NCBI GenBank assembly: GCA_964457525.1
Contig: CAYWGS010000003.1
Coordinates: forward strand, 2,801-34,800
DNA: 32,000 bases
Source: an uncultured Erysipelotrichaceae bacterium
Lineage (GTDB): Bacteria; Bacillota_I; Bacilli_A; Erysipelotrichales; Erysipelotrichaceae
Direction of reading: 5' to 3'
Shown: in pieces, positions 8,274 to 16,571 of the stretch
Numbering within the stretch: position 1 is the stretch's first letter
How the letters are laid out: each line of letters starts with the position of its first letter
The notes under the pieces: model-generated
Seen by the model: the letters and a program-made list of their open reading frames with translations, nothing else
Told to the model about the DNA's origin: nothing
Databases searched by the model: none
Position numbers and translations under genes: made by a program

Positions 8274-9578
8274 ATGAAATTAATCATCATTGGGGCAGGT
8301 CCTGCTGGTTATACAGCCGCATTCACAGCTGCTAAAGCGAAATGGGAAGTCCTACTCTTTACGAATCATAATTTAGGTGGAGTTTGTTTAAATGAAGGAT
8401 GTATTCCTACCAAAAGTTTATTAGAAGATAGTTTTCATCTCTATAAAACGCAATTAATGGATAATGAACTAAACCCAATTAAAAGTGTCATTCCAGTTTA
8501 TCAACACAAATCAGATGTTCAATTAGAACTTCAAACCAATTTAGAAAAAGCACTGATTGCATCTAAAGTTCAAGTCATTCATTCAAAAGTTCATTTCATC
8601 AGTAATACAGAAGTCATGGATCATGAAGGACATCGTTATACCGCAGATAAATTCTTAATCTGTACAGGGGCTAAACCCTCCAGCTTTATCCAGATTGATG
8701 GAGCGCTTACCAGTTATGAAGTGCTAGATCAACCCATCACATCCAAACAATCCATTTTAATCATTGGGGCAGGCGTTATTGGGGTAGAACTTGCGAGTTT
8801 TCTAAGAATGATGTCACATGAAGTAACACTCATTGAACTTGCGCCACGTATTCTATCTCAAGTACCGAAAGAAGCTGCACAAACGTTAGACCGTGAATTA
8901 AAACGAATGGGGATACAAATATTCACGAATACTAAGGTTGATTCCTATACAAAAGATTCACACTATCATATTGAGTTTAACAATGAGACACATGAGTATG
9001 ACCAAGTGATTATTGCGACTGGTCGTATCGCAAACACTAATTCACTTCAACTTCAAAACACAGATATTGAAACTGAACGAGGTTATATTAAAGTGAATTC
9101 AAACTTCGAAACGAGTGTTAAAAATATCTATGCTTGTGGTGATGTGGCGGGTTCGATTCAGTTAGCCCATGTCGCAAGTGATCAAGCTGAACAGCTCATT
9201 CATCATTTAATCGATAATACAGAAATATTGAATAAGATTATTCCTTATGTCATCTATACACCTTTACAAATTGCGTATGCAGGATTAAGTGAAGAGAAAG
9301 CTAAAGAGTTAAATATAAACTATAAAGTTAAGAAAGTACTATTCAACTCAATCGCAAAACAGAAGATAAAAATCAATACTCGTGCGTATTTAAAATGCTT
9401 AATTAATGAAAATTATGAAATGATTGGATGCGAAATTGTAAGCAGTGAAGCATCTGAACTCATCTCCACTTGTTTAGTTATCATGGAGAATAAATTAGAC
9501 TGTCGTGAGATTCACAAAACAGTGTATGCTCATCCAAGTTTAAGTGAAGTTTTTAAAGACATATCCTTTGAGCTTTAG
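8274..9578 (+). CDS. lpd: dihydrolipoyl dehydrogenase (E3 / L-protein of the glycine cleavage system)
   Basis: 434 aa. GAGPAGY FAD motif, redox-active disulfide GGVCLNEGCIPTK, second GAGVIGVE dinucleotide fold, and C-terminal HPSLSE His-Glu dyad. Confidence 0.85.
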   Translation: MKLIIIGAGPAGYTAAFTAAKAKWEVLLFTNHNLGGVCLNEGCIPTKSLLEDSFHLYKTQLMDNELNPIKSVIPVYQHKSDVQLELQTNLEKALIASKVQVIHSKVHFISNTEVMDHEGHRYTADKFLICTGAKPSSFIQIDGALTSYEVLDQPITSKQSILIIGAGVIGVELASFLRMMSHEVTLIELAPRILSQVPKEAAQTLDRELKRMGIQIFTNTKVDSYTKDSHYHIEFNNETHEYDQVIIATGRIANTNSLQLQNTDIETERGYIKVNSNFETSVKNIYACGDVAGSIQLAHVASDQAEQLIHHLIDNTEILNKIIPYVIYTPLQIAYAGLSEEKAKELNINYKVKKVLFNSIAKQKIKINTRAYLKCLINENYEMIGCEIVSSEASELISTCLVIMENKLDCREIHKTVYAHPSLSEVFKDISFEL

Positions 9579-9595
9579 TTAAAGATTGGTATAAT
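9568..9595 (+). promoter_or_regulatory. promoter of the gcv operon (TTGAGC-N16-TGgTATAAT)
   Basis: -35-like TTGAGC at 9568-9573, TG at 9587-9588 and TATAAT at 9590-9595, about 20 nt upstream of the riboswitch P1. Confidence 0.55.
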
Positions 9596-9616
9596 AAACT
9601 ATATAGTTGGTTGAAC

Positions 9617-9764
9617 ATTCCGGGAGAGATCTAATCATAGGCACCGAAGGCGAAATGCGCATAAACGCTCAGGTAAAAGGACCGGAATAGGACAAAACTT
9701 CGTAGAGAGAGTTAATCCACCGAAGAGGCAATCGAAAGAGAATCTTTCAGGTAAAAAGACGAAG
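9617..9764 (+). promoter_or_regulatory. tandem glycine riboswitch (two aptamers)
   Basis: Aptamer 1: P1 ATTCCGG (9617-9623) / CCGGAAT (9682-9688), enclosing GGAGAG...CACCGAAGGCGAAA...CTCAGGTAAAAGGAC. Aptamer 2: P1 CTTCGT (9698-9703) / ACGAAG (9759-9764), enclosing AGAGAG...CCACCGAAGAGGCAA...TTCAGGTAAAAAGAC. Both match the glycine-aptamer consensus and sit upstream of gcvT, the classic context. Confidence 0.9.
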
Positions 9765-9790
9765 GCGCTTATTTTTTAAGCGCTTTTGTG
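9759..9790 (+). terminator. riboswitch expression platform: intrinsic terminator
   Basis: GCGCTTA (9765-9771) / TAAGCGC (9777-9783) followed by TTTT. The stem can extend by pairing ACGAAG (the aptamer-2 P1 3' strand) with UUUUGU, so P1 and the full terminator are mutually exclusive (ON-switch logic). Confidence 0.7.
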
Positions 9791-9804
9791 CGTAAAGGGA
9801 ACCT

Positions 9805-10872
9805 ATGGAAAAGATAACGCCTTTGTATCATTGGCATAAGAATCATCAAGGGAATATTGTAGAGTTTGGTGGCTACCTTATGCCTCTACATTATTCGAAT
9901 GGCATCTTGCATGAACATCATACTGTTCGAACTAAAGTAGGATTATTTGATGTAAGTCATATGGGAGAATTTAGTTTTTCTGGGAAAGATGCGCTTGCGA
10001 ATCTAAACTATGTGATTAGTAATGATTTTAGTGATTTGGAAATAAATAAAACACGATATGGTATCTTAGTACGAAAAGATGGGACTGCAGTCGATGATTT
10101 ATTGGTTTATCGTATGGCTGAAGAAGAATACTTCGTTGTGGTAAATGCCGCAAATATAGACAAAGATGAAGCTTACTTTAAGGAACATTTATTTGGAGAG
10201 GTAACGTTTAAAAATCTAAGTGATTATTATGGACAAATCGCAATTCAAGGTCCACTATCTCAAGAACTTTTAAAGCGATTAACACCACACAATGATATGG
10301 CCTATTACAGTTTCACACAAAATGTGGATATTGCAGGAAAGAACGTTATTGTAAGTCGTACCGGCTATACAGGTGAAGATGGATATGAGATTTACACCAA
10401 AGCTGAAGATACTGAATTCTTATGGGATTTATTTCTAAAAACAGGTGAAGATCTTGGCGTTGAACCTTGTGGATTAGGTTGTCGCGATACACTAAGACTA
10501 GAAGCCGCAATGCCATTATTCGGACATGAACTTAATGATGAAACAACTCCACTTGAAGCTGGTTTATCGATGTTCGTGAAATTGGATAAGGAAAAATTCA
10601 TCGCAAAAGAAGCGTTAAGTGAAAAACCACTTAAACGTAAAATTGGTCTTCAACTCATTGATCGAGGTATTGCACGTGAACACTGTGATGTTTATTTCAA
10701 TGGTGAAAAAGTAGGAACTGTAACTTCAGGCACGAAGAGTCCAACCCTCAATCAATCCATCGCGATGGCATTTGTCCCTGCGGAGTTGTTTAAGGAAACT
10801 CAGTTTGAGATTGATGTTAGAGGAAAATTATTAAAGGCAGAAAAGGTAAAATTACCGTTTTATAAACGATAA
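9805..10872 (+). CDS. gcvT: aminomethyltransferase (glycine cleavage T-protein)
   Basis: 355 aa. TPLYHWHKNHQGNIVEFGGYLMPLHY...VRTKVGLFDVSHMGEF is the GcvT signature. Confidence 0.95.
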   Translation: MEKITPLYHWHKNHQGNIVEFGGYLMPLHYSNGILHEHHTVRTKVGLFDVSHMGEFSFSGKDALANLNYVISNDFSDLEINKTRYGILVRKDGTAVDDLLVYRMAEEEYFVVVNAANIDKDEAYFKEHLFGEVTFKNLSDYYGQIAIQGPLSQELLKRLTPHNDMAYYSFTQNVDIAGKNVIVSRTGYTGEDGYEIYTKAEDTEFLWDLFLKTGEDLGVEPCGLGCRDTLRLEAAMPLFGHELNDETTPLEAGLSMFVKLDKEKFIAKEALSEKPLKRKIGLQLIDRGIAREHCDVYFNGEKVGTVTSGTKSPTLNQSIAMAFVPAELFKETQFEIDVRGKLLKAEKVKLPFYKR

Positions 10873-10884
10873 AAGGAGCACAAA

Positions 10885-11250
10885 ATGGAAAAATATTACG
10901 CAGAATCACATGAATGGGTTATGGCATTAGATGACAATACAGTTGTTGTTGGAATTTCTGATTACGCGCAAAGTGCACTTGGAGATATCGTCTTCTTGAG
11001 TAATGCGGAAGTGGGCGATACTGTTTCTTTTGGAGAACGTTTTGGGGATGTCGAATCCGTTAAGGCTGTATCTGAAATCTTATCTCCTGTCGATGGTAAA
11101 GTTGTGGAAGTGAACAAAGCATTAGATGATCAACCTGAGTTATTGAATGCTAAACCGTTAGAAACTTGGATTATCAAAGTTGAAGGTAAAATTGATCCAT
11201 CTAAATTAATGACAGAAGCAGAATACTTAGCCCTAGATAAAGGACATTAA
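10885..11250 (+). CDS. gcvH: glycine cleavage H-protein (lipoyl carrier)
   Basis: 121 aa. YAESHEWV...GISDYAQSALGDIVF and the lipoyl-lysine motif VESVKAVSEI. AAAAGGAG SD. Confidence 0.95.
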   Translation: MEKYYAESHEWVMALDDNTVVVGISDYAQSALGDIVFLSNAEVGDTVSFGERFGDVESVKAVSEILSPVDGKVVEVNKALDDQPELLNAKPLETWIIKVEGKIDPSKLMTEAEYLALDKGH

Positions 11251-11251
11251 T

Positions 11252-12568
11252 ATGGCAGATTACCTATCGAATACACCTAACCAACAAGCTTCAATGTTAA
11301 AGGAATTAGGGTTTAATTCTCTTGAGGATCTATATTCTAATTTACCTCATGACTTAATCCTTCAACGTCCCCTCGATCTTGAACTTGGTCAAAGTGAGTT
11401 CAAAGTACTAGATACATTAAAAGAACTTGCAGGTAAGAATAAAGTCTATAAAACCATTTTGCGTGGTGCTGGTGTCGAACATCACTATATTCCAAGTGTT
11501 GTAAAACAACTCAGTAATCGTGAAGAGTTCGTAAGTGCTTATACACCATATCAATCTGAGTTATCTCAAGGTATTTTACAATCCATCTTTGAATATCAAA
11601 GTTCTATGTGTGAAATCACAGGAATGGATGTATGTAATGCCTCTGTATATGATGGTGCGACTGCAGCTGCTGAGGCCATCCAAATGGTGATTGAAAAGAA
11701 TCGTAGAAAAATACTTGTGCCTAAGAATATGCACCCACAAGTCGTTCATGTCATGCGTACCTATACACAATGGTTAAACATTGAGATTATCGATGTTGAA
11801 TGTCATGAAGGTCTAGTTGATATGAATGATCTAAAATCAAAATGCGATGATCAATGTGCCGCATTATTCATCCAACATCCAAACTATTTTGGTTGTTTAG
11901 AAGATGTTCAAGACTTAGCACAAACCGTCCATACCTATGGTATTAAACTCGTTCAATATACCAACCCGATGACACTTGGTTACTTAAAATCTCCTCGTGC
12001 AAACGGTGTTGATATCGCGATCGGAGAAGCACAACCTCTCGGTATACCGATGTCCTATGGCGGCCCTTTCTTAGGTTTTATGTCCGCAAGTGCTGATTTA
12101 GTTCGTCGCTTGCCGGGTCGAATTGCAGGTCAAACCGTAGATGAAAATGGCAAACGCGCATTTACTTTAACTCTTCAAGCCCGTGAACAACATATTCGTC
12201 GTGAAAAAGCGAGTTCAAGTATTTGTTCCAATCAAGCATTGATGGCATTGACCGCTTCTATGTATCTTGCGTCTGTTGGACCTAGTGGATTAAAAGAAGT
12301 GGCGGAATACAGTATGCGTAAAGCACACTACTTCGCAAATGAACTAGTGAAGTTAGGATTCAAACTAAAATACAATAGTCCATTCTTCCATGAGTTTGTG
12401 ACAGTTGGACCGGTTGAAAATATAATTATTGAGCGTGCATTGGATGAAATTAATGTCTTATCTGGATTGAGTTTAAGTTCACATGAAACACTTTGGTGTT
12501 GTACAGAAACCACTTCTAAGGAAGATATTGATCGTGTCATCCATCGTTTAAAGGAGGTCGTCGCATGA
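11252..12568 (+). CDS. gcvPA: glycine dehydrogenase (decarboxylating) subunit 1
   Basis: 438 aa. [47 protein letters not shown] is the typical P-protein alpha subunit sequence. Confidence 0.95.
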   Translation: MADYLSNTPNQQASMLKELGFNSLEDLYSNLPHDLILQRPLDLELGQSEFKVLDTLKELAGKNKVYKTILRGAGVEHHYIPSVVKQLSNREEFVSAYTPYQSELSQGILQSIFEYQSSMCEITGMDVCNASVYDGATAAAEAIQMVIEKNRRKILVPKNMHPQVVHVMRTYTQWLNIEIIDVECHEGLVDMNDLKSKCDDQCAALFIQHPNYFGCLEDVQDLAQTVHTYGIKLVQYTNPMTLGYLKSPRANGVDIAIGEAQPLGIPMSYGGPFLGFMSASADLVRRLPGRIAGQTVDENGKRAFTLTLQAREQHIRREKASSSICSNQALMALTASMYLASVGPSGLKEVAEYSMRKAHYFANELVKLGFKLKYNSPFFHEFVTVGPVENIIIERALDEINVLSGLSLSSHETLWCCTETTSKEDIDRVIHRLKEVVA

Positions 12569-14007
12569 GTCAACTCATTTTTGAAAGAAGTGTTTCATCA
12601 AGACGTGCTGTACGCTTTGATGCGTGTGATGTGCCTGAAGTTAAACTTGATGATAAATATGTAAGACAATCCAAAGCACGTTTACCCGAAGTCAGTGAAG
12701 TTGACATTGTTCGTCACTACATGGAACTTTCAAGAAACTCCTTTGGCGTAGATAATGGTTTCTATCCTCTTGGATCTTGTACCATGAAGTACAATCCTAA
12801 ATTAAATGAATTTACAGCTAGCTTAGATGGCTTTACCTCCATCCATCCAGATCAAAGTTTAAACACTGTGTCTGGCACAGTAGAACTTATGGATAATCTT
12901 AGCCTTGTGCTTGCAGAGATTACTGGTATGGATGCTTTCACACTACAACCTGCTGCTGGAGCACATGGTGAATTTACAGGCTTACTTCTCATTCGTGCCT
13001 ATCACAATGCGCGTAATGATCATAAGCGCACAAAAGTTATCGTTCCAGATAGTTCACATGGAACAAACCCAGCAAGTGCAAGTATGGCTGGTTATACCGT
13101 AGTAAGTGTTCCATCCAATGATCAAGGTGGTGTTGATGTAGAAGCTCTAAAAGCCGTTCTCAGTGATGATATTGCGGCTCTCATGTTAACAAATCCAAAT
13201 ACCTTAGGTTTATTCGATCCTAATATCTGTGAGATTTCAAAACTCGTTCATGATATTGGTGGATTACTCTATTATGATGGGGCAAACCTCAATGCGATAA
13301 TGGGTACCGCAAGACCAGGGGATATGGGTTTTGACGTTGTACACCTTAACTTACATAAAACATTCTCTACCCCTCATGGTGGAGGTGGTCCTGGTAGTGG
13401 TCCAGTCGGTGTTAAATCGTGTTTAGTTCCATATCTTCCACAAGGCACCTTAATTAAGGAAGCCTATAGATATCGCTACATTGATGAAAGAGATACCCTC
13501 AGTATTGGACGTATGCGTTCTTATTACGGTAATTTCTTGGTCAATGTACGTGCTTATACCTATATCTTATCGCTTGGACGTGATGGACTAAAATCCGCAA
13601 GTCAGAATGCAGTTCTTAATGCGAACTATATGATGAATGCCCTCAAGGATACCTTCCCTATTGCTTACCCACAAACTTGTATGCATGAATTTGTCGTAAG
13701 CCTTGAAACTCTCAAGAAAGAAACAGGTATTAGTGCTAAGGATATCTGTAAAGCACTCTTAGACTATAAGATGCATCCACCTACCATGTACTTCCCACTC
13801 ATTGTTCACGAAGCACTCATGATTGAGCCAACTGAAACTGAAAGTAAGGAAAGTATGGATAACTTCATTCAAGTTCTAAAAGACTTGAAACAGCTCGCAT
13901 ACGATGACCCTCAAAAGATTCTCAATGCGCCATACACAACTCCAGTCAAACGTGTCGATGATGTACAAGCTGCACGTAATCCAATTCTTAAGTATCCATT
14001 TAAATAA
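12565..14007 (+). CDS. gcvPB: glycine dehydrogenase (decarboxylating) subunit 2
   Basis: 480 aa. PLP-lysine motif [22 protein letters not shown] overlap with gcvPA. Confidence 0.95.
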   Translation: MSQLIFERSVSSRRAVRFDACDVPEVKLDDKYVRQSKARLPEVSEVDIVRHYMELSRNSFGVDNGFYPLGSCTMKYNPKLNEFTASLDGFTSIHPDQSLNTVSGTVELMDNLSLVLAEITGMDAFTLQPAAGAHGEFTGLLLIRAYHNARNDHKRTKVIVPDSSHGTNPASASMAGYTVVSVPSNDQGGVDVEALKAVLSDDIAALMLTNPNTLGLFDPNICEISKLVHDIGGLLYYDGANLNAIMGTARPGDMGFDVVHLNLHKTFSTPHGGGGPGSGPVGVKSCLVPYLPQGTLIKEAYRYRYIDERDTLSIGRMRSYYGNFLVNVRAYTYILSLGRDGLKSASQNAVLNANYMMNALKDTFPIAYPQTCMHEFVVSLETLKKETGISAKDICKALLDYKMHPPTMYFPLIVHEALMIEPTETESKESMDNFIQVLKDLKQLAYDDPQKILNAPYTTPVKRVDDVQAARNPILKYPFK

Positions 14008-14025
14008 GTAAAATACACCTTAATG

Positions 14026-14073
14026 AAATGCACCCCAAAAGTTAGACAACTAACAGAAAGGAGTGCATTTTTT
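14026..14073 (+). terminator. probable intrinsic terminator of the gcv operon (long imperfect hairpin)
   Basis: AAATGCAC (14026-14033) pairs with GTGCATTT (14063-14070), with an inner stem GTTAG-ACAA-CTAAC (14041-14054), followed by a T-run to 14073. Confidence 0.5.
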
Positions 14074-14106
14074 ATGATTATCTTTCTTTATATCATATAA
14101 AGTATT

Positions 14107-14613
14107 ATGCTCATTTATCTATTAATGAAGATTGAACAATCCTTATGCAGAGAATATTTAAGATCCATTTCGTTTACTCAAATACTCCTCATAATCCCTA
14201 TTTATATCCTTAACCTAAACATAAGTTCTTATCTACTCTTATCCGTCTTATTTACATTAGCTTGGATGGATGATCAGCTTAAAGCTGTTAGTGATCGATT
14301 ACTAATCCTATATTTCATATCAATATTGTTTCATTACATTAATCACCCGATTCCGATTAGTGTTATTAATCTATTCATTTGTTTAGGATTACTCATCTTT
14401 TCAAAATTATCTAATGGATTGGGAATAGGAGATGTCTATATCTTTTTTGGCTTAGCATTTATCCTAACACTCCAAGACTTTATGTTTGTAATCAAGTATT
14501 CTTGTTGGTTTGGACTAATTCTAGAACTCATAAAAAAGGCAAAATCATCTTTTGCCTTTATTCCATATATTTATATAGGATTAGTCGTATTCCTTATCTT
14601 AAATCTTTATTAA
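14107..14613 (+). CDS. peptidase A24 (type IV prepilin peptidase)-like polytopic membrane protein; orphan, possibly degraded at the 5' end
   Basis: 168 aa, very hydrophobic. Three A24-like motifs by eye: LAWMDDQLKAVSDRL (first Asp region), GLGIGDVYIFFGL (GxGDxK-like second Asp) and AFIPYIYIGL (iPFgP-like). The start is uncertain (14107 or 14125); see the finding on the in-frame stop at 14098. Confidence 0.5.
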   Translation: MLIYLLMKIEQSLCREYLRSISFTQILLIIPIYILNLNISSYLLLSVLFTLAWMDDQLKAVSDRLLILYFISILFHYINHPIPISVINLFICLGLLIFSKLSNGLGIGDVYIFFGLAFILTLQDFMFVIKYSCWFGLILELIKKAKSSFAFIPYIYIGLVVFLILNLY

Positions 14614-15325
14614 TCTTATCGTATATTTTGGGTAAATCTGAGATAGATATAATTCCTAATGGTTTTTGATTACTCGCTCCATCTTGAGTGATAATCAAAG
14701 CATTCAAACGTTTTCCTAACGCAAGTGAACGTTCAAATTGTGATACAACAGATAGAAGTGTAGAATGCGATGGAATAAACTCTACCATACGATTCTTTTC
14801 GTCTTGTTCCAAGATTTCCTTCATTGTGATATTTGGAATTTCACCTTGTATATTTTCGATATTCTTAACTAAGTACTCATAAATAAGGTCTGTTGTAATT
14901 AAACCCTTAAAATGCATCTTATGATCGTATACTGGTAATTTAGAGTAATGTTTCGGTAATAATTTCTTTAATACAGGCTCTAATAAATCAGTATCTAAAC
15001 AATATTCTACCTTTGTAAGATAATTCGGAGAAACACGTTCAGGTTGAGTCAATAGTTCCGCTATGTGTTCTATCGATTCAACCTCTTTTAAATGAGGTTC
15101 CGCAATAACTTCACCATCAATTCGCTCATGCACAATCGCATTTCGCAAATCCCCAAACTCTTCTAGATAACGTTGAAAACGATGATAATTGCGATCCATG
15201 TTTGACATTCGACGTACGAGTTCAGAATAAGAAATGTAACGATCTGATTTAATTCTTCGGTTCATTTCTCCTTCAATCGCTGTGAATGCGATAAGGAAGC
15301 GTTCTGAATTTGGTTTATTACTCAT
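14594..15325 (-). CDS. HEPN-like (R-N-x3-H) N-terminal domain fused to a CBS-domain pair; putative ligand-regulated RNase
   Basis: 243 aa. The helical N-terminal ~95 aa end in GDLRNAIVHER (R61-N62-x3-H66; codons CGA AAT GCG ATT GTG CAT on the minus strand at 15145..15128). Two CBS-like repeats follow (VEYCLDTDLLEPVLKKL...LPVYDHKMHFKGLITTDLI and VEFIPSHSTLLSVV...ALIITQDGASNQKPLGIISISDL). Its ATG overlaps the TGA of the upstream HAD gene (ATGA). Confidence 0.6.
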   Translation of the reverse strand: MSNKPNSERFLIAFTAIEGEMNRRIKSDRYISYSELVRRMSNMDRNYHRFQRYLEEFGDLRNAIVHERIDGEVIAEPHLKEVESIEHIAELLTQPERVSPNYLTKVEYCLDTDLLEPVLKKLLPKHYSKLPVYDHKMHFKGLITTDLIYEYLVKNIENIQGEIPNITMKEILEQDEKNRMVEFIPSHSTLLSVVSQFERSLALGKRLNALIITQDGASNQKPLGIISISDLPKIYDKINKDLR

Positions 15326-16143
15326 GGTTTTAATCCATCCAGTTCTTTTTGTGCTAAGAGTGATTTAAAGATTGCTTGAATAATCTTATCAACCTCTTGA
15401 CCCTTACGATAATCAGCCTCAACCACAAAATCAACACGTTTATCCTCAAATAAGGCATCACTCTCATGCGTACGTTTTTTGCCATATGGCACAACCGCTA
15501 TCGCATGTCCCCCGTTCATTTTCACAAGTTTCATACTTGGAACATCCGTAAATCCATCCCCAATATAAATCATATGACTGAACGGTATTGGCCGTTCTTC
15601 TTCTTTTTGATAACGATTTAAATCCGCATCATTGGAAATATCCAATATTCCTTTATTAATACGATATAGGAATTGTGTTTTTATCGTATAGTTAACCGAT
15701 AACTTAGGCCAAATTGCTTGTCCATTCTTATCGTATAAATACTCACATGCATAAATCTTCTTAAAATAAGATGCGATGGGCGTATTCTCAATAATCTCTT
15801 TTAAACCTGATGAAATAATATAATGCTCAAGTTCGATATTTAACAGCATCGCTACTTCATCAATGTGTTTGAACCAATCCACAACACCTGGATAGAACTC
15901 AATCTGTGAACCATACTTGCCCAACATCTCTCTACTTAGCTTAATACCACGATTCTGCGTTTGTACAATCATTTCGTGTAAGTAGGTTAGGATATGATCC
16001 ATTTCTTCTTTCTCAGCTTTTGCTTTGACATGTGACCAAAAGGATTTCGAATCTTCAATTTTGAGGTCATCGAAAAAACCATATTCTTGCATATCTTTGT
16101 AGGACAATGTTTTATCAAAATCATAGAGTATTGCGATTTTCAT
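15322..16143 (-). CDS. HAD-superfamily hydrolase (subfamily IB-like phosphatase with cap domain)
   Basis: 273 aa. Motif I ILYDFDKTLS, motif II IISSGL, a Lys in KTQ, and motif IV YIGDGFTDVPSM. AAGAGG SD. Confidence 0.8.
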   Translation of the reverse strand: MKIAILYDFDKTLSYKDMQEYGFFDDLKIEDSKSFWSHVKAKAEKEEMDHILTYLHEMIVQTQNRGIKLSREMLGKYGSQIEFYPGVVDWFKHIDEVAMLLNIELEHYIISSGLKEIIENTPIASYFKKIYACEYLYDKNGQAIWPKLSVNYTIKTQFLYRINKGILDISNDADLNRYQKEEERPIPFSHMIYIGDGFTDVPSMKLVKMNGGHAIAVVPYGKKRTHESDALFEDKRVDFVVEADYRKGQEVDKIIQAIFKSLLAQKELDGLKP

Positions 16144-16172
16144 GAGAACCTCTTATCTTTATTCAATCGAAT

Positions 16173-16181
16173 TGTTATAAT
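16173..16181 (+). promoter_or_regulatory. extended -10 promoter (TGtTATAAT) positioned for a leaderless Nudix transcript
   Basis: TGTTATAAT at 16173-16181. Exactly 6 nt (cacact) precede ATG 16188, and there is no SD. The opposite strand reads TGATTATAA over the same bases. Confidence 0.5.
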
Positions 16182-16187
16182 CACACT

Positions 16188-16571
16188 ATGAAACATGTTG
16201 TGATTGGTATTCTATACAAGAATCATCATCTTTGTGTCGCAAAACGACTTTCTGAACCCTTCAAAGGATATATTGAATGTCCTGGGGGAAAAGTTGAATT
16301 AGATGAAACACTTGAAGATGCATTAAAACGAGAATTGTTTGAAGAAATTAATCTTCAGAACTTTGAATATCAGTATTTAAGAGAAATACTTGTACTCAAT
16401 GAGCATGGTTCATTTACATTACACTTCTATAAAATAACCACCAATGAAGAATGTACACCGAAGGTTTATACTGAACTTCTATGGGTCCATAGAGATCAAA
16501 TAGAAACCTTAAACTGGATACCCCATAATCTTCCTTATATCGACTTCTTTAAACAAGTTGATCAGCTTTAA
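16188..16571 (+). CDS. Nudix hydrolase, MutT-like (deoxy)nucleoside-triphosphate pyrophosphohydrolase
   Basis: 127 aa. Nudix box GGKVELDETLEDALKRELFEEINL (Gx5Ex7REUxEE). Confidence 0.85.
   Translation: MKHVVIGILYKNHHLCVAKRLSEPFKGYIECPGGKVELDETLEDALKRELFEEINLQNFEYQYLREILVLNEHGSFTLHFYKITTNEECTPKVYTELLWVHRDQIETLNWIPHNLPYIDFFKQVDQL

Noticed and set aside
9579-9804. Possibility that the long lpd-gcvT leader is a T-box or another riboswitch class
   Set aside because: There is no specifier loop or T-box motif. Both halves match the glycine aptamer consensus (GGAGAG / CACCGAAGG.G.AA / CTCAGG.AAAAGGAC), and the context is gcvT.
10392-10601. 69-aa ORF antisense to gcvT; similar antisense or shadow ORFs occur at 11576..11770, 12328..12573 and 12905..13102 in gcvPA/gcvPB
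   Set aside because: All lie inside highly conserved gcv genes and lack SDs and recognisable motifs. Judged spurious.
14688-14882. 64-aa plus-strand ORF inside the HEPN-CBS gene
   Set aside because: It is an antisense shadow ORF with no translation signals. The minus-strand ORF has coherent domain structure.
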